DNA of 64,000 nt from Longimicrobiales bacterium. GTDB lineage: Bacteria; Gemmatimonadota; Gemmatimonadetes; Longimicrobiales; Gaopeijiaceae. Shown here piece after piece: positions 17,905-28,032 of the stretch. The first letter of the stretch is position 1; each line of letters begins with the position of its first letter. The DNA lies in contig CBDDCX010000006.1 of the NCBI GenBank assembly GCA_965226375.1, positions 224,001 through 288,000 on the forward strand, read 5' to 3'. The translations under genes were made by a program, and so were the position numbers. Under the pieces are notes generated by a model. It worked only from the letters and a program-made list of their open reading frames with translations, was not told the origin of the DNA and did not search any database.

Positions 17905-19148
17905 TCAGACGGAGAGGGGGGGGGCTCGTGGGGAGGTGGAAGGAGGAGCGCGCTCGCGAGGAAGGTCGCCCTGTGAGGACGGGTTCACAGGCGCGACGAG
18001 CACTGGATGATTGAAGCTGCTCGTTGTATCCGGGAATGATGTCATCGAACTCGTCGCACCCATGATCTGGAAGACCGTCGTGCTCCCGTCCTCATTCCAG
18101 CTGTTCACGGCCACCACGAGATCCAGCAGCGGGATCGCGAAGACGTGCTGTCCTCCGAAGCCCCAGCCGAACCAGACATCGTTCGGGGTCGGCTGGTGGC
18201 CCGCGAGACCCGTTAAGGGCCGGAGCCACCATTGGAAGCCGTAGTAGTCGGACCCGGAGACCTGGGCCCGCGTGGTGGTGGCCTGCTCTACCAGCCCGCG
18301 GACACGACTTGCTGTCCTCCCCAGCGCCCGCCGTCCAGGTAGAGTTGGCCCAGCTTGGCGAGATTCCGTGATTTGAGGCGCAGGCCTCCCCCGAAATGTG
18401 GCAGGCCGTCAGGGTGGTCGCCGTTGCGAAACCACCGATAGTCCTCGATCTGGAGTGGCCCAAAGAGATAGTCTTCGGCGAAGGCCGTGGGATGTTGCCC
18501 GGTGGCGTCCTGGAGGATGGCAGCCAGTAGGTTCGAGGCGCCCGAATTGTAGACGAAGTGCGTGCCGGGTGTCTCCACCACGGGCTGGGAGAGCACGTAG
18601 CTGACCCAGTCGTCCGAGTTGTTCATCAGGATGTTGCTGTTACAGTCGGACTCGAGGTAGCTGCACGTCCACTCATCCCACTCCAGACCGGCGCGCATGC
18701 TCAAGAGGTCGCGGAGGCGAATCAGGGACTTGTCAGGATCCAGCGCGATCTCTTCGGCGCGGCTGGGTAGCATCTCGGGGAGTGTTGCGTCCAGGTCGAG
18801 GACGCCCTGATCGATCGCGATCCCGATGAGCGTGGCACCGACGCTCTTGGTGACGGACTGGAGCGTGTGCACGGAGTCCTGGTGATGTTCTCGGTAGTAC
18901 TCCTCGAACACCAGCTCGCCGCCCCGGGCGATGAGGAGGGAGTGCACGTGCTTGTACTCACCCTGTTCGATGCGAGCCGACAGGCCGAGGATCTGCGCCG
19001 GATCGATGTCGTGCTCGACCATCGACGCCACGGCCCAGCCATCCCCCAAGACGTCGGGGATCGTCGCGGGGGGGAGCTCGACGTTGGTCGTACCGTCGTC
19101 GCAGGCGAGGGCGGCGAGCAGTAGGATTAGCGCGACGCTACGCATCAT
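17905..19148 (-). pseudogene. Beta-lactamase-related serine hydrolase lipoprotein, frameshifted near 18290, with a RAPP-containing tail
   Basis: Lipobox LAALAC, QSVTKS (SxxK), FVYNS; continuation YGFQWW, GWGFGGQHVF, DLVVAV lies in the frame of ORF 17905..18117. Confidence 0.8.
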
Positions 19149-19310
19149 CGGGAGTGGATCTCCGGCAGGGGAATCATCTGTAGATCCTACGACGAAACAG
19201 TCTAGGGCTGTCTGGGGCGGTAGCGCCACGCACGGATTGCGTTTCCATGAAAAGATACTATAATATTGTATTAGAACATATAATACTGTCTAGGCACTGT
19301 GGATACTGTC

Positions 19311-20255
19311 ATGAGGCCCATCGCCGGCGACCAAAGCCCGCTCCAGTTCCCGCTCAACGACCTGCTCAGCACCGGTGCCCAGGTTCGTCTGCTACGGGTT
19401 CTTGCCAACGAAGTGGTAGGCCCGATCACGGCCCCTGACGCCGCGGGGCGCACCGGACTGACGGAGGCAGGTGCGCGTCGTGCCTTGAGTCGTCTTGCGA
19501 GCACTGGTTTCGTGGTACGGGTTGGCGGTGGCAGGTCTCAGCAGTTCGCGCTCCGGGAGTCGGATTCATTAGTCAGGGCGCTCTCTCAACTCTTTCACAC
19601 CGAGCAAGAGCGATACGATGGGCTCCTATCTGCACTCCGCGAGGCATTAGGGGAAGACCGGGGAGTACGAACCGCTTGGGTTCAAGTGATGCCACGGAGC
19701 AGTGGCGAGCCCCTGGAGCTCGGGATCGTAGGTCATTCCAAGACCGTTTCACGGGTGAAAGATCAGGTCAGGTGCAAGCTCTTGCCGGTCGAGGAACGCT
19801 TCGACTTGACCATCGAGCTGCACGCCTATACTCGTGCCGACGTCCCGGAGGTAGAGTGGAATAGTGTGATCCTACTCGCGGGAATTGCGCCGTCAGAATC
19901 TCCGCCAAAATCTTCGAGGGAGCCGAAGCACGGGGCATCCACACACCGAGACCGGGAAGAGCGTGCGCTCAGTTTCAGCCGAGTGGTCGCCAACTACCTC
20001 GACAGAGATCCCTCATTGAGGCGCCGAGCCCAGCGGCACGTTGACAGGCTCCTTGCCGAGGACCAAGGAATGGCCACTCAGGATCTGCGGGAGTGGCAGG
20101 CCATCCTCGAGAGATATTCGCTTCGGCGTCTGAGGGAGTTTCTCGTGTCCTCGACCCCCCGTGCCCAACGACTCCGGGAGAGCTCACCGTTCTTCGCCGT
20201 GCTGAATGCGGAGGAACGGGATCACCTTTTGGCTGCGATGGAGGATCAGGGATGA
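19311..20255 (+). CDS. Winged-HTH protein with a possible degenerate nucleotidyltransferase-like middle and antitoxin-like C-terminal domain
   Basis: N-terminal HTH (APDAAGRTGLTEAGARRALSRL..TG); C-terminal EWQAIL...RLRESSPF...ER motif; AT-rich upstream region. Confidence 0.6.
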   Translation: MRPIAGDQSPLQFPLNDLLSTGAQVRLLRVLANEVVGPITAPDAAGRTGLTEAGARRALSRLASTGFVVRVGGGRSQQFALRESDSLVRALSQLFHTEQERYDGLLSALREALGEDRGVRTAWVQVMPRSSGEPLELGIVGHSKTVSRVKDQVRCKLLPVEERFDLTIELHAYTRADVPEVEWNSVILLAGIAPSESPPKSSREPKHGASTHRDREERALSFSRVVANYLDRDPSLRRRAQRHVDRLLAEDQGMATQDLREWQAILERYSLRRLREFLVSSTPRAQRLRESSPFFAVLNAEERDHLLAAMEDQG

Positions 20256-20391
20256 CAGGCGTCACACCTAGTCCTTGACCGGCCGGCCTCCGCGGCTACA
20301 GTCCGTCAGGCACGAAGATAGCGATACCATCCGACGGTTCCCCCGACTCCTGCGCAGGGGTGACGGGACCCTACCTTTTGCGGAGCGAGCT

Positions 20392-21954
20392 GTGGGCGAA
20401 ACGCGCGTCGACCTTCTTCATCTCCTCTAGGACCTGAGGGATGCATACCCCGGGGCCGTCGAGGAAACGATCCTGACCGAGATCGTAGCCAACTCCCTCG
20501 ACTCGGGTGCGGGTACGATCGCACTGACGACTGGCCCTGAGAACTCCACGCTCACCGTGGTGGACGACGGCAAGGGAATGCAGCGCCGAGAGCTCTCCGC
20601 CTACCACGATCTCGCCACCACGAGCAAGAAGCGTGGGCGCGGGATCGGGTTCGCCGGAGTGGGGATCAAGCTCGGGCTGTTGGTGTGCGACGAGGTTCTT
20701 ACCGAAACGCGCCGAGGCAAGCAGCATGTGGCCACCACCTGGCACCTCACGTCCCGGCGGCGAGCCCCGTGGAAGTGGCTGAGACCTCCACCCGGATTGG
20801 TTGGAGAACGAGGCACGGCAGTCCGGCTCTCGGTCCAGGACGCGTTCTCCGCGCTGGTAGATGCGAGCTACATCGAGACCGTCCTCTATCAGCACTTCCA
20901 CCCGCTGTTCGATCCCGATTTCGACGAGCTTCTTTCGCGGCATTACAAGGATGGCGTTCGTTTCGTCGTGAACGGACAGACCCTTGCCCCACGCAAGTGG
21001 CTAGGGCAGGAGAGAGCACACGTGGCGGTCCGCTTGCCCAGGAAGCGTAAGCCCTCTGCGGTCGGTTACCTGATACGTGCGGACGGCCCTCTGCCGGACG
21101 AACAACGGGGGATCGCGATCAGTGCGCTCGGAAAGGTCATCAAACGTGGCTGGGACTGGATTGGGGTGGCTCCGAGTTCTCCGGATTCCATCGGTGGTGT
21201 AATTGAGGCTCCGGACCTCGCCGCCTGCCTGACCCTCAACAAAGCAGACTTCATCCGCACCGGCCCTCGCGGCGCCACATACCTGGCCTATCGCAAAGCG
21301 ATCCAGGAAGCGGTCTCGATCCGTCTCTCCGAGTGGGGGAATCTGGGAGACCAGCGGGTGGACAAGCGACGCCATGCGGCTCGCCCGATGGAACGTGACC
21401 TGGAGACGGTGCTGATGGATCTGGCCGAGAGCTTCCCGCTTGTGTCGACGCTCGTCGAGCGCCGCGCCGGCGGTCAGCGTAGCCTACCGATCGGGCGTCC
21501 GTCCCCGATCGGAGCCGAGCTCCAGGCGATGGCGCCCGAGGCGAGAGGCAAGGAACCGGCATCGGCCGACGAGCCGCCTCAGCCTGCCTCCGGCCAGGCT
21601 CCCCCGCAGCGCCCGCCCGAACTTCCTCCCGCCGCCTCTGAGCCTCCCTTGGGTAGGGGTCCACGTCGGCCGACGCGCTATATGCTGAGCATTGAGTTCG
21701 AGGCGCGCCCAGACGACCCCGAACTGGCTCGGCTGGTCGAATCCACAGTGCGGGTTAACGAGGCCCATCCGGCGTACCAGAGGCTGGTGGGCTCCCGGGC
21801 CATCGAGTATCACGTTGCTTTGTCGACCGCCATGGCGCTCGCCCCTCTAGCGGTGGAGCCACAGGAACAGCACGAGTTCATCACGGCGTTCCTGGCCCGA
21901 TGGGGTACTGCACGAGACGGGCGCACGAAGAAACGCGGCAAGTCGAGGATCTGA
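20392..21954 (+). pseudogene. GHKL (HATPase_c) ATPase with an in-frame TAG at 20428-20430
   Basis: In-frame upstream segment VGETRVDLLHLL*DLRDAY...EIVANSLD, then DDGKGM, GIGFAGVGIK, GTAV. Confidence 0.8.
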
Positions 21955-22025
21955 TGGCACTGTAGACGAGAACTTCTTGTATTAGACCAAAGAGGTTCTC
22001 TTGCCAGCGATTCGGGAATAGCGGT

Positions 22026-22081
22026 GGTGGAGACCCGGCGGTGGAGACCCGCTGGTGGAGACCCGCTGGTGGAGATCCGGC
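22026..22081. repeat. 4 x 14-bp tandem repeat (GGTGGAGACCCGCT consensus)
   Basis: Read directly; intergenic, between convergent genes. Confidence 0.9.
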
Positions 22082-22084
22082 GGG

Positions 22085-22717
22085 CTAGCCGTTCTCGTCC
22101 GCTAACTGACGCCGCATGAGCGCGGCGGTCCCACGCTCGGTGCTCTCTTCCGAGTCGGCGAGCGCGTCGGCCACCGCCGCCCTGTCCTCTCTGGACCGGT
22201 TCTGACTGAACTTCAGCTTTCCGATCATTCTGTCGATCGGTATCTCGAAGCCGACGATCGCCTGAAGCTCAGTAGGGATGACGGGCTCGGCCTTCGCGAG
22301 CGACCAGTCTCCCTCCACGGCGGCTTCATGTCGCTCGGTGAGACGAGTCGTCATCGCGAGCAGGGCGTCCACATCGTGGATCAGTCTCGGGCGTCCGTAT
22401 ACGTGCACGGCGGCGTAGTTCCAGGTGGGCACCGTGACCTGGTCATGGTACCAGTTGGGCGAGATGTACGCGTGCGGTCCCCTGAAGATCACCATCACTT
22501 CGGTGTCCTCATCCCAACCCTTCCACTGCGGGTTCGCCCGAGCCATGTGGCCGATCAATGTGCCGTTCGGAGCCGGATCTGGGTCGACCATGAAGGGTAG
22601 GTGCGTGCCGGTGAGGCCGTCGGGGCCACGGTCTATGATGACTCCGAACGAATACCGTCGGATGAGGTCGTGAAGTGCGGCGACGTCTTGTTCTTTGAAC
22701 GATCGGGGAGACCACAC
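22085..22717 (-). CDS. FMN-binding negative transcriptional regulator (PaiB family)
   Basis: THLPF, GHMARANPQW, GPHAYISPNWY, VPTWNYAAVHVYG, KFSQNR motifs. Confidence 0.9.
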   Translation of the reverse strand: MWSPRSFKEQDVAALHDLIRRYSFGVIIDRGPDGLTGTHLPFMVDPDPAPNGTLIGHMARANPQWKGWDEDTEVMVIFRGPHAYISPNWYHDQVTVPTWNYAAVHVYGRPRLIHDVDALLAMTTRLTERHEAAVEGDWSLAKAEPVIPTELQAIVGFEIPIDRMIGKLKFSQNRSREDRAAVADALADSEESTERGTAALMRRQLADENG

Positions 22718-23377
22718 ATCGGTGACTCGGAGGGGTCGTGGGATGGGTGGGCGAGAGCGATAGGCCCGGGAACTGTAACGCTTCAACCCCCAAGGTTCGA
22801 AAAGGGTTTGGAGCGGGTAGCGAGGGTCCGGGTCAGAATCGGGGTGCGACGCCCCGCTACGGCGAGCGCGCCACTCTGAACCCGTTGCCAAAGTGCTGAT
22901 TGTTCGTGGACGTGCCCCACCGGTAGGGGATGCCCGACCCCCGCGGCGTGTTGCCGATGCCTCCGCCACGGAGGTATCCGGTTCTCGCCGTCGCTGTGCA
23001 CCGGATCCGTCACGCTCGGCGCCAAGGTCGAGTAGAGCTCGTCGTCCAGGCCGTCGAAGACCCACTCCCAGGCGTTGCCGAACATGTCGTAGAAGCCCCA
23101 TGCGTTTCGGCGGAACGTGCCGACCGGTGCTGTCGCCTCCCAGCCGTCGTCCCAGGGAAAGGCCTCCCAGTCCATCTCTGGATACGTGCGCTTGACGGGC
23201 GCGTCGAATCCGTTGCCCCATCCCCCGCCTTCGGTAATGTCGTTTCCCCAGGGATAACGTGTCGTAACCCCGGCCCGCGCCGCGTACTCCCACTCGGCCT
23301 CGGTCGGAAGTCGCAGGCTGAAGTGCTCGGAGAAGGCCGTCGCCACATCCCAGCTCACCAGGACCGCGGGGTAATCG

Positions 23378-24772
23378 GGTAGTGTCACTAAGATTGTGTA
23401 AAAGGGGGTGAGGGCGTCCGAGGAGGGTGGACAGCCCGGAAAAGAAAGAGGAAGCTCCTTGTGAATTGTTCATCATCACATGAACCCGGGAGTCCGGCCT
23501 GCGTGAGCAGGTCGGAACCGGAACAAGGAGCTTCCTCATGGAAAAGATGGTCGAAGTTGAGCGGGCCACGCAAGACGAGCTGCGTCAGGATTTGAAGTCG
23601 CTGTTTCAGGGCGCGATCCGGCTAACGCTCGAGATGGTGTTGGAGGAGGAGTTGAAGGCGATGGTCGGAGCGCGACGATTCGAGCGGGTCGGCAGCCGGA
23701 AGGGCCACAGGAACGGGACGTATCTGAGGCGCCTGCTTACGAGCCTGGGTCAGATCGACGTGACGGTCCCGCGCAGCCGGGAAGGCGGCTCGCCCGCCGA
23801 CGTGATGGGTCGCTACCAGCGCAGGAGTGAAGAAGTCGATGCGATGATGGTGGAGGCCTACGTGAGCGGCGTGTCGCAGCGCAAGATGGGCGACGTGACC
23901 GAGGCACTCATGGGTGAGCGCGTGGGACGCTCGACGGTGAGCCGGGTCGCGAAGCGGCTCGACGAGGGCGTGCAAACGCTGCGGAGTGCACCCATCGAGG
24001 GGGCCCACCCCTACCTGTACCTGGACGCGACGTTCCTCGATGCCCGCTGGGCCCGAAAGGTCGAGAACGTGAGCGCGCTCGTGGCCTACGCCGTGGGCCC
24101 GGACGGCCACCGCCGGCTCCTGGGCATCACGCTGGGCCCTGAGGAATCGGAGAACAGCTGGTCGGAGCTCCTCGAGCAACTCCTGGAGCGTGGTCTCAGC
24201 GGCGTCCAGCTCGTGATCGCGGATGAGCACGCGGGCCTGGCAGCCGCGGTGCGCCGCTTCCTGCCCGAGGTGCGCTGCCAGCGCTGTACTGTCCACCTGC
24301 AACGCAACGTGCTGGCCAAGGTCCCGCATCGCCTGCGCAAGCGTGTGGCGCGCGAGGTTGCCGCCGTCTTCCGGGCCCCCGGGCTCGCTGAGTCGAAGAA
24401 GCGCCTGGCCGAGATCACGGCGCGCTGGCACAAGGAGCTCCCCGAGGCAGTCAACGTGCTTGAGCGGGGCTTCACGGCCGCCACCCAGTTCTACGCGTTC
24501 CCCGAGCCCCACTGGGCCCGACTGCGCACCACGAACAGCCTCGAGCGCCTGCACACCGAGATCAAGCGTCGGATCCGGAGCGCCGGCGCCTTCCCCGACC
24601 GAGCCAGCGCGCTCCGCCTCATCACTGCGGTTGCTCTAAGGACTACTGCGGCCTGGAGCGAACGTCGCTACCTGGATCTCACGCTTCTCGAACCGAAGGA
24701 GGTCGCCAAGGCAGCCTAACAGAAGCATCGAGGAGCTTCCTCTCACTTTTACACACAACTCGGGACTTGACC
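23378..24772 (+). mobile_element. IS256-family insertion sequence, copy B (1395 bp)
   Basis: Same ends and identical transposase to copy A; 8-bp target duplication GGTAATCG at 23370-23377 and 24773-24780. Confidence 0.95.
23538..24719 (+). CDS. IS256-family transposase
   Basis: Protein identical to 1122..2303. Confidence 0.95.
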   Translation: MEKMVEVERATQDELRQDLKSLFQGAIRLTLEMVLEEELKAMVGARRFERVGSRKGHRNGTYLRRLLTSLGQIDVTVPRSREGGSPADVMGRYQRRSEEVDAMMVEAYVSGVSQRKMGDVTEALMGERVGRSTVSRVAKRLDEGVQTLRSAPIEGAHPYLYLDATFLDARWARKVENVSALVAYAVGPDGHRRLLGITLGPEESENSWSELLEQLLERGLSGVQLVIADEHAGLAAAVRRFLPEVRCQRCTVHLQRNVLAKVPHRLRKRVAREVAAVFRAPGLAESKKRLAEITARWHKELPEAVNVLERGFTAATQFYAFPEPHWARLRTTNSLERLHTEIKRRIRSAGAFPDRASALRLITAVALRTTAAWSERRYLDLTLLEPKEVAKAA

Positions 24773-25356
24773 GGTAATCGTCCCCGTTCATCGAGACGGT
24801 GGAGTCTCGAGGGAAGGGGCCGCTGTCGTGCTCGGGAAGGAACCGCCGCAACTGGGCGTTGGTCACCTCGTATAGGCCGAGGTAGAAGGGCCGCGTGAGC
24901 ACGACCTCATGCTGCGGACGCTCGTTGGTGCGGTCATAGGGATCCTCGGGAGCGGCGCCCCGTAGGTACGAGCCGGGGAGTACGAGGAGGAACTCAATGC
25001 CGCTCTCGTTGTCGAGCACGCGCCAGGGAAGCCCCGACGCTGTGATACCCGCCTGGAGCTCGGCGTCCTCGATCACATCCGGATCCGCTTCCCAGTCGAG
25101 GACCGTCGCCCACTCGGGGCCTTCCCGCGTGCTCTTACAGGACGCGGAGGCCAAGACCAGGGAGCCGAGCACTCCCAGCACCACGACTCGGACCGACCAC
25201 CAGACGTACGGACCCCCCCCCCCCCCCCCCCCGCCGACCATCCCCGACCTCCTGAGCAGGCATCATTGAAAAGAATATTTCAACTTACGGTGCCCGGTTC
25301 ACCGCACAAGTGCGCGGTGGGCCCGGGGACCTATTCGTCCTGAGAGGACCGCCGGC

Positions 25357-28029
25357 TCAGTCCTCCCTGAGCGCCTCGACAGGATCGACCCTGGACGCCC
25401 GGATCGCGGGGATCAGGCTAGCGAGCACTGAGACGGCCATGGCGACTACGGCCGTCCCCCCGTATGCCCAAGGGTCCAACGGCGACACACGGAAGAGCTG
25501 AGTCTCGAGGGCTCGACCGAGAGCCAACGCGCCAACGAGCCCGATCGTGATGCCGATCGCAGCCAGCTTGGCGCCGCTCGCGACGATCCTAGTCGTGAGG
25601 GATACGGCCAGTGCACCGAGGGCGAGCCTCAGGCCCAACTCCTTCGACTGTTGCCGAACCGCGTAGGAGAGCACCCCGTACAGTCCCACCGCCGACAGCA
25701 TGAGGGCGACCCCGGCGAACACCTCCATGAGGATCAGCATGAAGCGTGACGCCGCCAACCGCTCCGAGATGTACGAGCTCATAGGACGTAGCTCGGCAGG
25801 AAAGCCGGCGTCGACGCTTTGGATGGCGCCGAGTAGCGCGCGGCCGGTGACCGCTGGGTCACCCGTCACCTTCGCGACCACAGCCACCTCGTGGCTCTGA
25901 TACTGGACACGCGGCAGGTACATGGTGGGCCGATCGTCTCGGTGGTCCCCCTGTGGAGACCACTCGACCACGCCCACGATCTCCGGGTTGATCGTGTCTC
26001 CCTGCATGGCGCGTACGAAGAGTCGCCGGCCGATCGGATCCACGTCCGGGAACTCTGCGCGGGCCAGCCGGGCGTCGAGGATCACGACGGGCGCCTCGAT
26101 CACCTCGTCCGACGACGTGAACTGGCGTCCGCGCAGCAGCTCGAGCCCCATGGTTTCCATGTAGCCCGGTGAGATGGTCCGATAGTACGCCGATGTCCAC
26201 GCGGTGGGATCGGTCTCGAACCCCGGAAGCACGTACTCTGCGTCGCGCTCGTAGACACCGTTCATGGGTAGCGGAAAGACGATACCCACCGATTCGACCC
26301 CCGGGACCTGCCGCGCCGCCTCGATGAGCTCGGCCTCGTACGCTTGCCTTTCCTCTTGGGGTCGACCCGTCTGTGTGGCGGTCACCGTGAGCAGCCGGTC
26401 CGGCTCGAAGCCGAGCGGCATGCGCTCGAGCTCCGAGAACGTGCGAATCAGCAGCCCGGCGCCCACCAAGAGCATCACGGAGAGCGCCACCTCGCTGACC
26501 ACCAGCCCCATTCGGGCTCGGCTCGAGAGCGCCTTGCCACCTCGTATGGTCAGGTGGCCGGACACGCTGCGGCCCGCCGACTGCAGGGCAGGAAGCAGGC
26601 CCGCCAAGAGCGTGGCAGCCACGGTCACCAGCGCGGTGAAGGTCAGCACCGGCAGGTCCAGGGTCACATCCGCGAAGCGGTGGAGCTCCGGGGGACGGAG
26701 TAGTTGAAGGGCTTTAACACCGTACGCGGCGAGTCCGATTCCCGCGACGGCGCCCAGCACGGCGAGCACGGCGCTCTCGGTGACCAGCTGGCGCACTATA
26801 CGAGCCCGCCCGGCACCGAGCGACGCCCGCACCGCCAGCTCATTCGCGCGTGCGGCGCCCCGGGCGAGCAGCAGGTTAGCCACGTTCGCGCACGCGATCA
26901 GCAGGACCAGGCTCACGGCGCCCATCAGGACGAAGAGGGGCCCTTTGATCGGACGCGCAACCGCCTTCTCCACGCTCGTAATGACCAGGCGGGTCTTCTC
27001 CAGCGCGTGGTGTGGATGCCGTTCCCTGAGCCTTCCCGCGAATGCGTCCAACTCGGAACGGGCAGAGCTTACGGTGGCGCCCGGAGCAAGGCGCGCCACG
27101 GTCCGGTACCCTCGACGCTCTCGCGACCCTTGAGCGAGGTCGGTACGCGTGACCCGGTAGATGTCGACGTCCGCCCCGATGTTGAGCTCGGGAGGCAGGA
27201 TGATGTCGAAGTCCTCGGGGAGTACGCCGACGATTTCCGCGTCGCCGCCCCAGACCTTCACAATCCTGCCAAGAACGTCGGGATCACCTCCGAATTTCGT
27301 TTGCCAGAAGTCGTAACTGATGACGCTCGCCGCGGGCGGGAACGTGGTCGTCTCCGGGGGAAAGCCGTCGCCTTCCGATTCGACGAAGGTCCGGCCGAGC
27401 GTGGCCTGCACGCCAAGCATGTCGAACCCATTCCAGGTGACGAATGAGACGAGTACGTGCTCAGGCCGATCGACCTCGGTCAGCGGGCCGATGGTCGGCT
27501 CACCGAAGCCGACCGCCTGTTCGATGGATTCGACTTCGGCAATCAGATCGACCAGGTCCGGTCCGGACAGATAAAGCGTATCCGCCGAACCGCCCATCGT
27601 CGAGGTGATCATGACCAGCTCGCTGGGCTCGTCGTAGGGCAGGGGAGTCATGAGTACGCCGTGCACGGCCGAGAAGATCGCCGTGGTGGCTCCGATGCCC
27701 AGGGCCAGCGTGAGGATGACGACTGCGCCGATTCCCGCGTGACGGCGCAACTGCGTAAGCGCGAACGCGATGTCTTGACTTACCGACTGCACCAACCCCT
27801 CCCGATCCCGTGATTTTCCCGATCCCCGTCGTTGCCAGCGCAGCCGCAGTGAAGGTCCGGCGCTGTTCACCACTTGGGTCCAAAGCCAGCGTCCGGCCGC
27901 CCGGCGTCCGAGGTCCCGGACCCTTCCGTCCCATATCTCGTGGATGTCTTCGATGACGCCGTCCCTCGTGTCGTTGGGCAGCAGCACTCGAAGCAGGAGT
28001 CGTGGGGCGCGGGGAAGCTGGGTCCGCAT
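25357..28029 (-). CDS. ADOP-type duplicated MacB/FtsX-like ABC permease
   Basis: LTLALGIGATTAIFS, LVLLIACANVANLLLAR, R..ELAVRASLGAGR, ASRVDPVEALRED. Confidence 0.92.
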   Translation of the reverse strand: MRTQLPRAPRLLLRVLLPNDTRDGVIEDIHEIWDGRVRDLGRRAAGRWLWTQVVNSAGPSLRLRWQRRGSGKSRDREGLVQSVSQDIAFALTQLRRHAGIGAVVILTLALGIGATTAIFSAVHGVLMTPLPYDEPSELVMITSTMGGSADTLYLSGPDLVDLIAEVESIEQAVGFGEPTIGPLTEVDRPEHVLVSFVTWNGFDMLGVQATLGRTFVESEGDGFPPETTTFPPAASVISYDFWQTKFGGDPDVLGRIVKVWGGDAEIVGVLPEDFDIILPPELNIGADVDIYRVTRTDLAQGSRERRGYRTVARLAPGATVSSARSELDAFAGRLRERHPHHALEKTRLVITSVEKAVARPIKGPLFVLMGAVSLVLLIACANVANLLLARGAARANELAVRASLGAGRARIVRQLVTESAVLAVLGAVAGIGLAAYGVKALQLLRPPELHRFADVTLDLPVLTFTALVTVAATLLAGLLPALQSAGRSVSGHLTIRGGKALSSRARMGLVVSEVALSVMLLVGAGLLIRTFSELERMPLGFEPDRLLTVTATQTGRPQEERQAYEAELIEAARQVPGVESVGIVFPLPMNGVYERDAEYVLPGFETDPTAWTSAYYRTISPGYMETMGLELLRGRQFTSSDEVIEAPVVILDARLARAEFPDVDPIGRRLFVRAMQGDTINPEIVGVVEWSPQGDHRDDRPTMYLPRVQYQSHEVAVVAKVTGDPAVTGRALLGAIQSVDAGFPAELRPMSSYISERLAASRFMLILMEVFAGVALMLSAVGLYGVLSYAVRQQSKELGLRLALGALAVSLTTRIVASGAKLAAIGITIGLVGALALGRALETQLFRVSPLDPWAYGGTAVVAMAVSVLASLIPAIRASRVDPVEALRED

Positions 28030-28032
28030 GGG

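Larger units (their letters stand above)
22857..25241 (-). pseudogene. Formylglycine-generating-enzyme (SUMF1/FGE-sulfatase) domain lipoprotein, split by IS256 copy B
   Basis: ERPQHEV, EVTNAQ before the IS; PAVLVSW, RLPTEAEWEYAAR, NAWGFYDMFGNAWEW after it; frameshifted tail LRGGG...GFRVAR. Confidence 0.88.

Noticed and set aside
20428..20430. Pyrrolysine or programmed amber readthrough in the GHKL gene
   Set aside because: It is a single instance, there are no pyl genes in the window, and TAG is used as a normal stop elsewhere; mutation or base-call error is simpler.
19266..21990. Shared short words TTGTATTAGA and GGCACTGT flanking the HTH-GHKL pair as element ends
   Set aside because: The matches are short and occur in different order at the two places, so they do not form a coherent direct or inverted repeat.
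22051..22072. GCTGGTGG Chi sites in the 14-bp repeat
   Set aside because: That Chi sequence is specific to enterobacterial RecBCD; here it is a by-product of the repeat unit.
22085..23569. 494-aa ORF as a real fusion protein
   Set aside because: It is a chance open frame running from the IS256 end through an alternative frame of the FGE gene into the real PaiB gene, which starts near 22717.
1069..24772. Composite transposon bounded by the two IS256 copies
   Set aside because: Each copy has its own matching 8-bp target duplication, indicating independent insertions.
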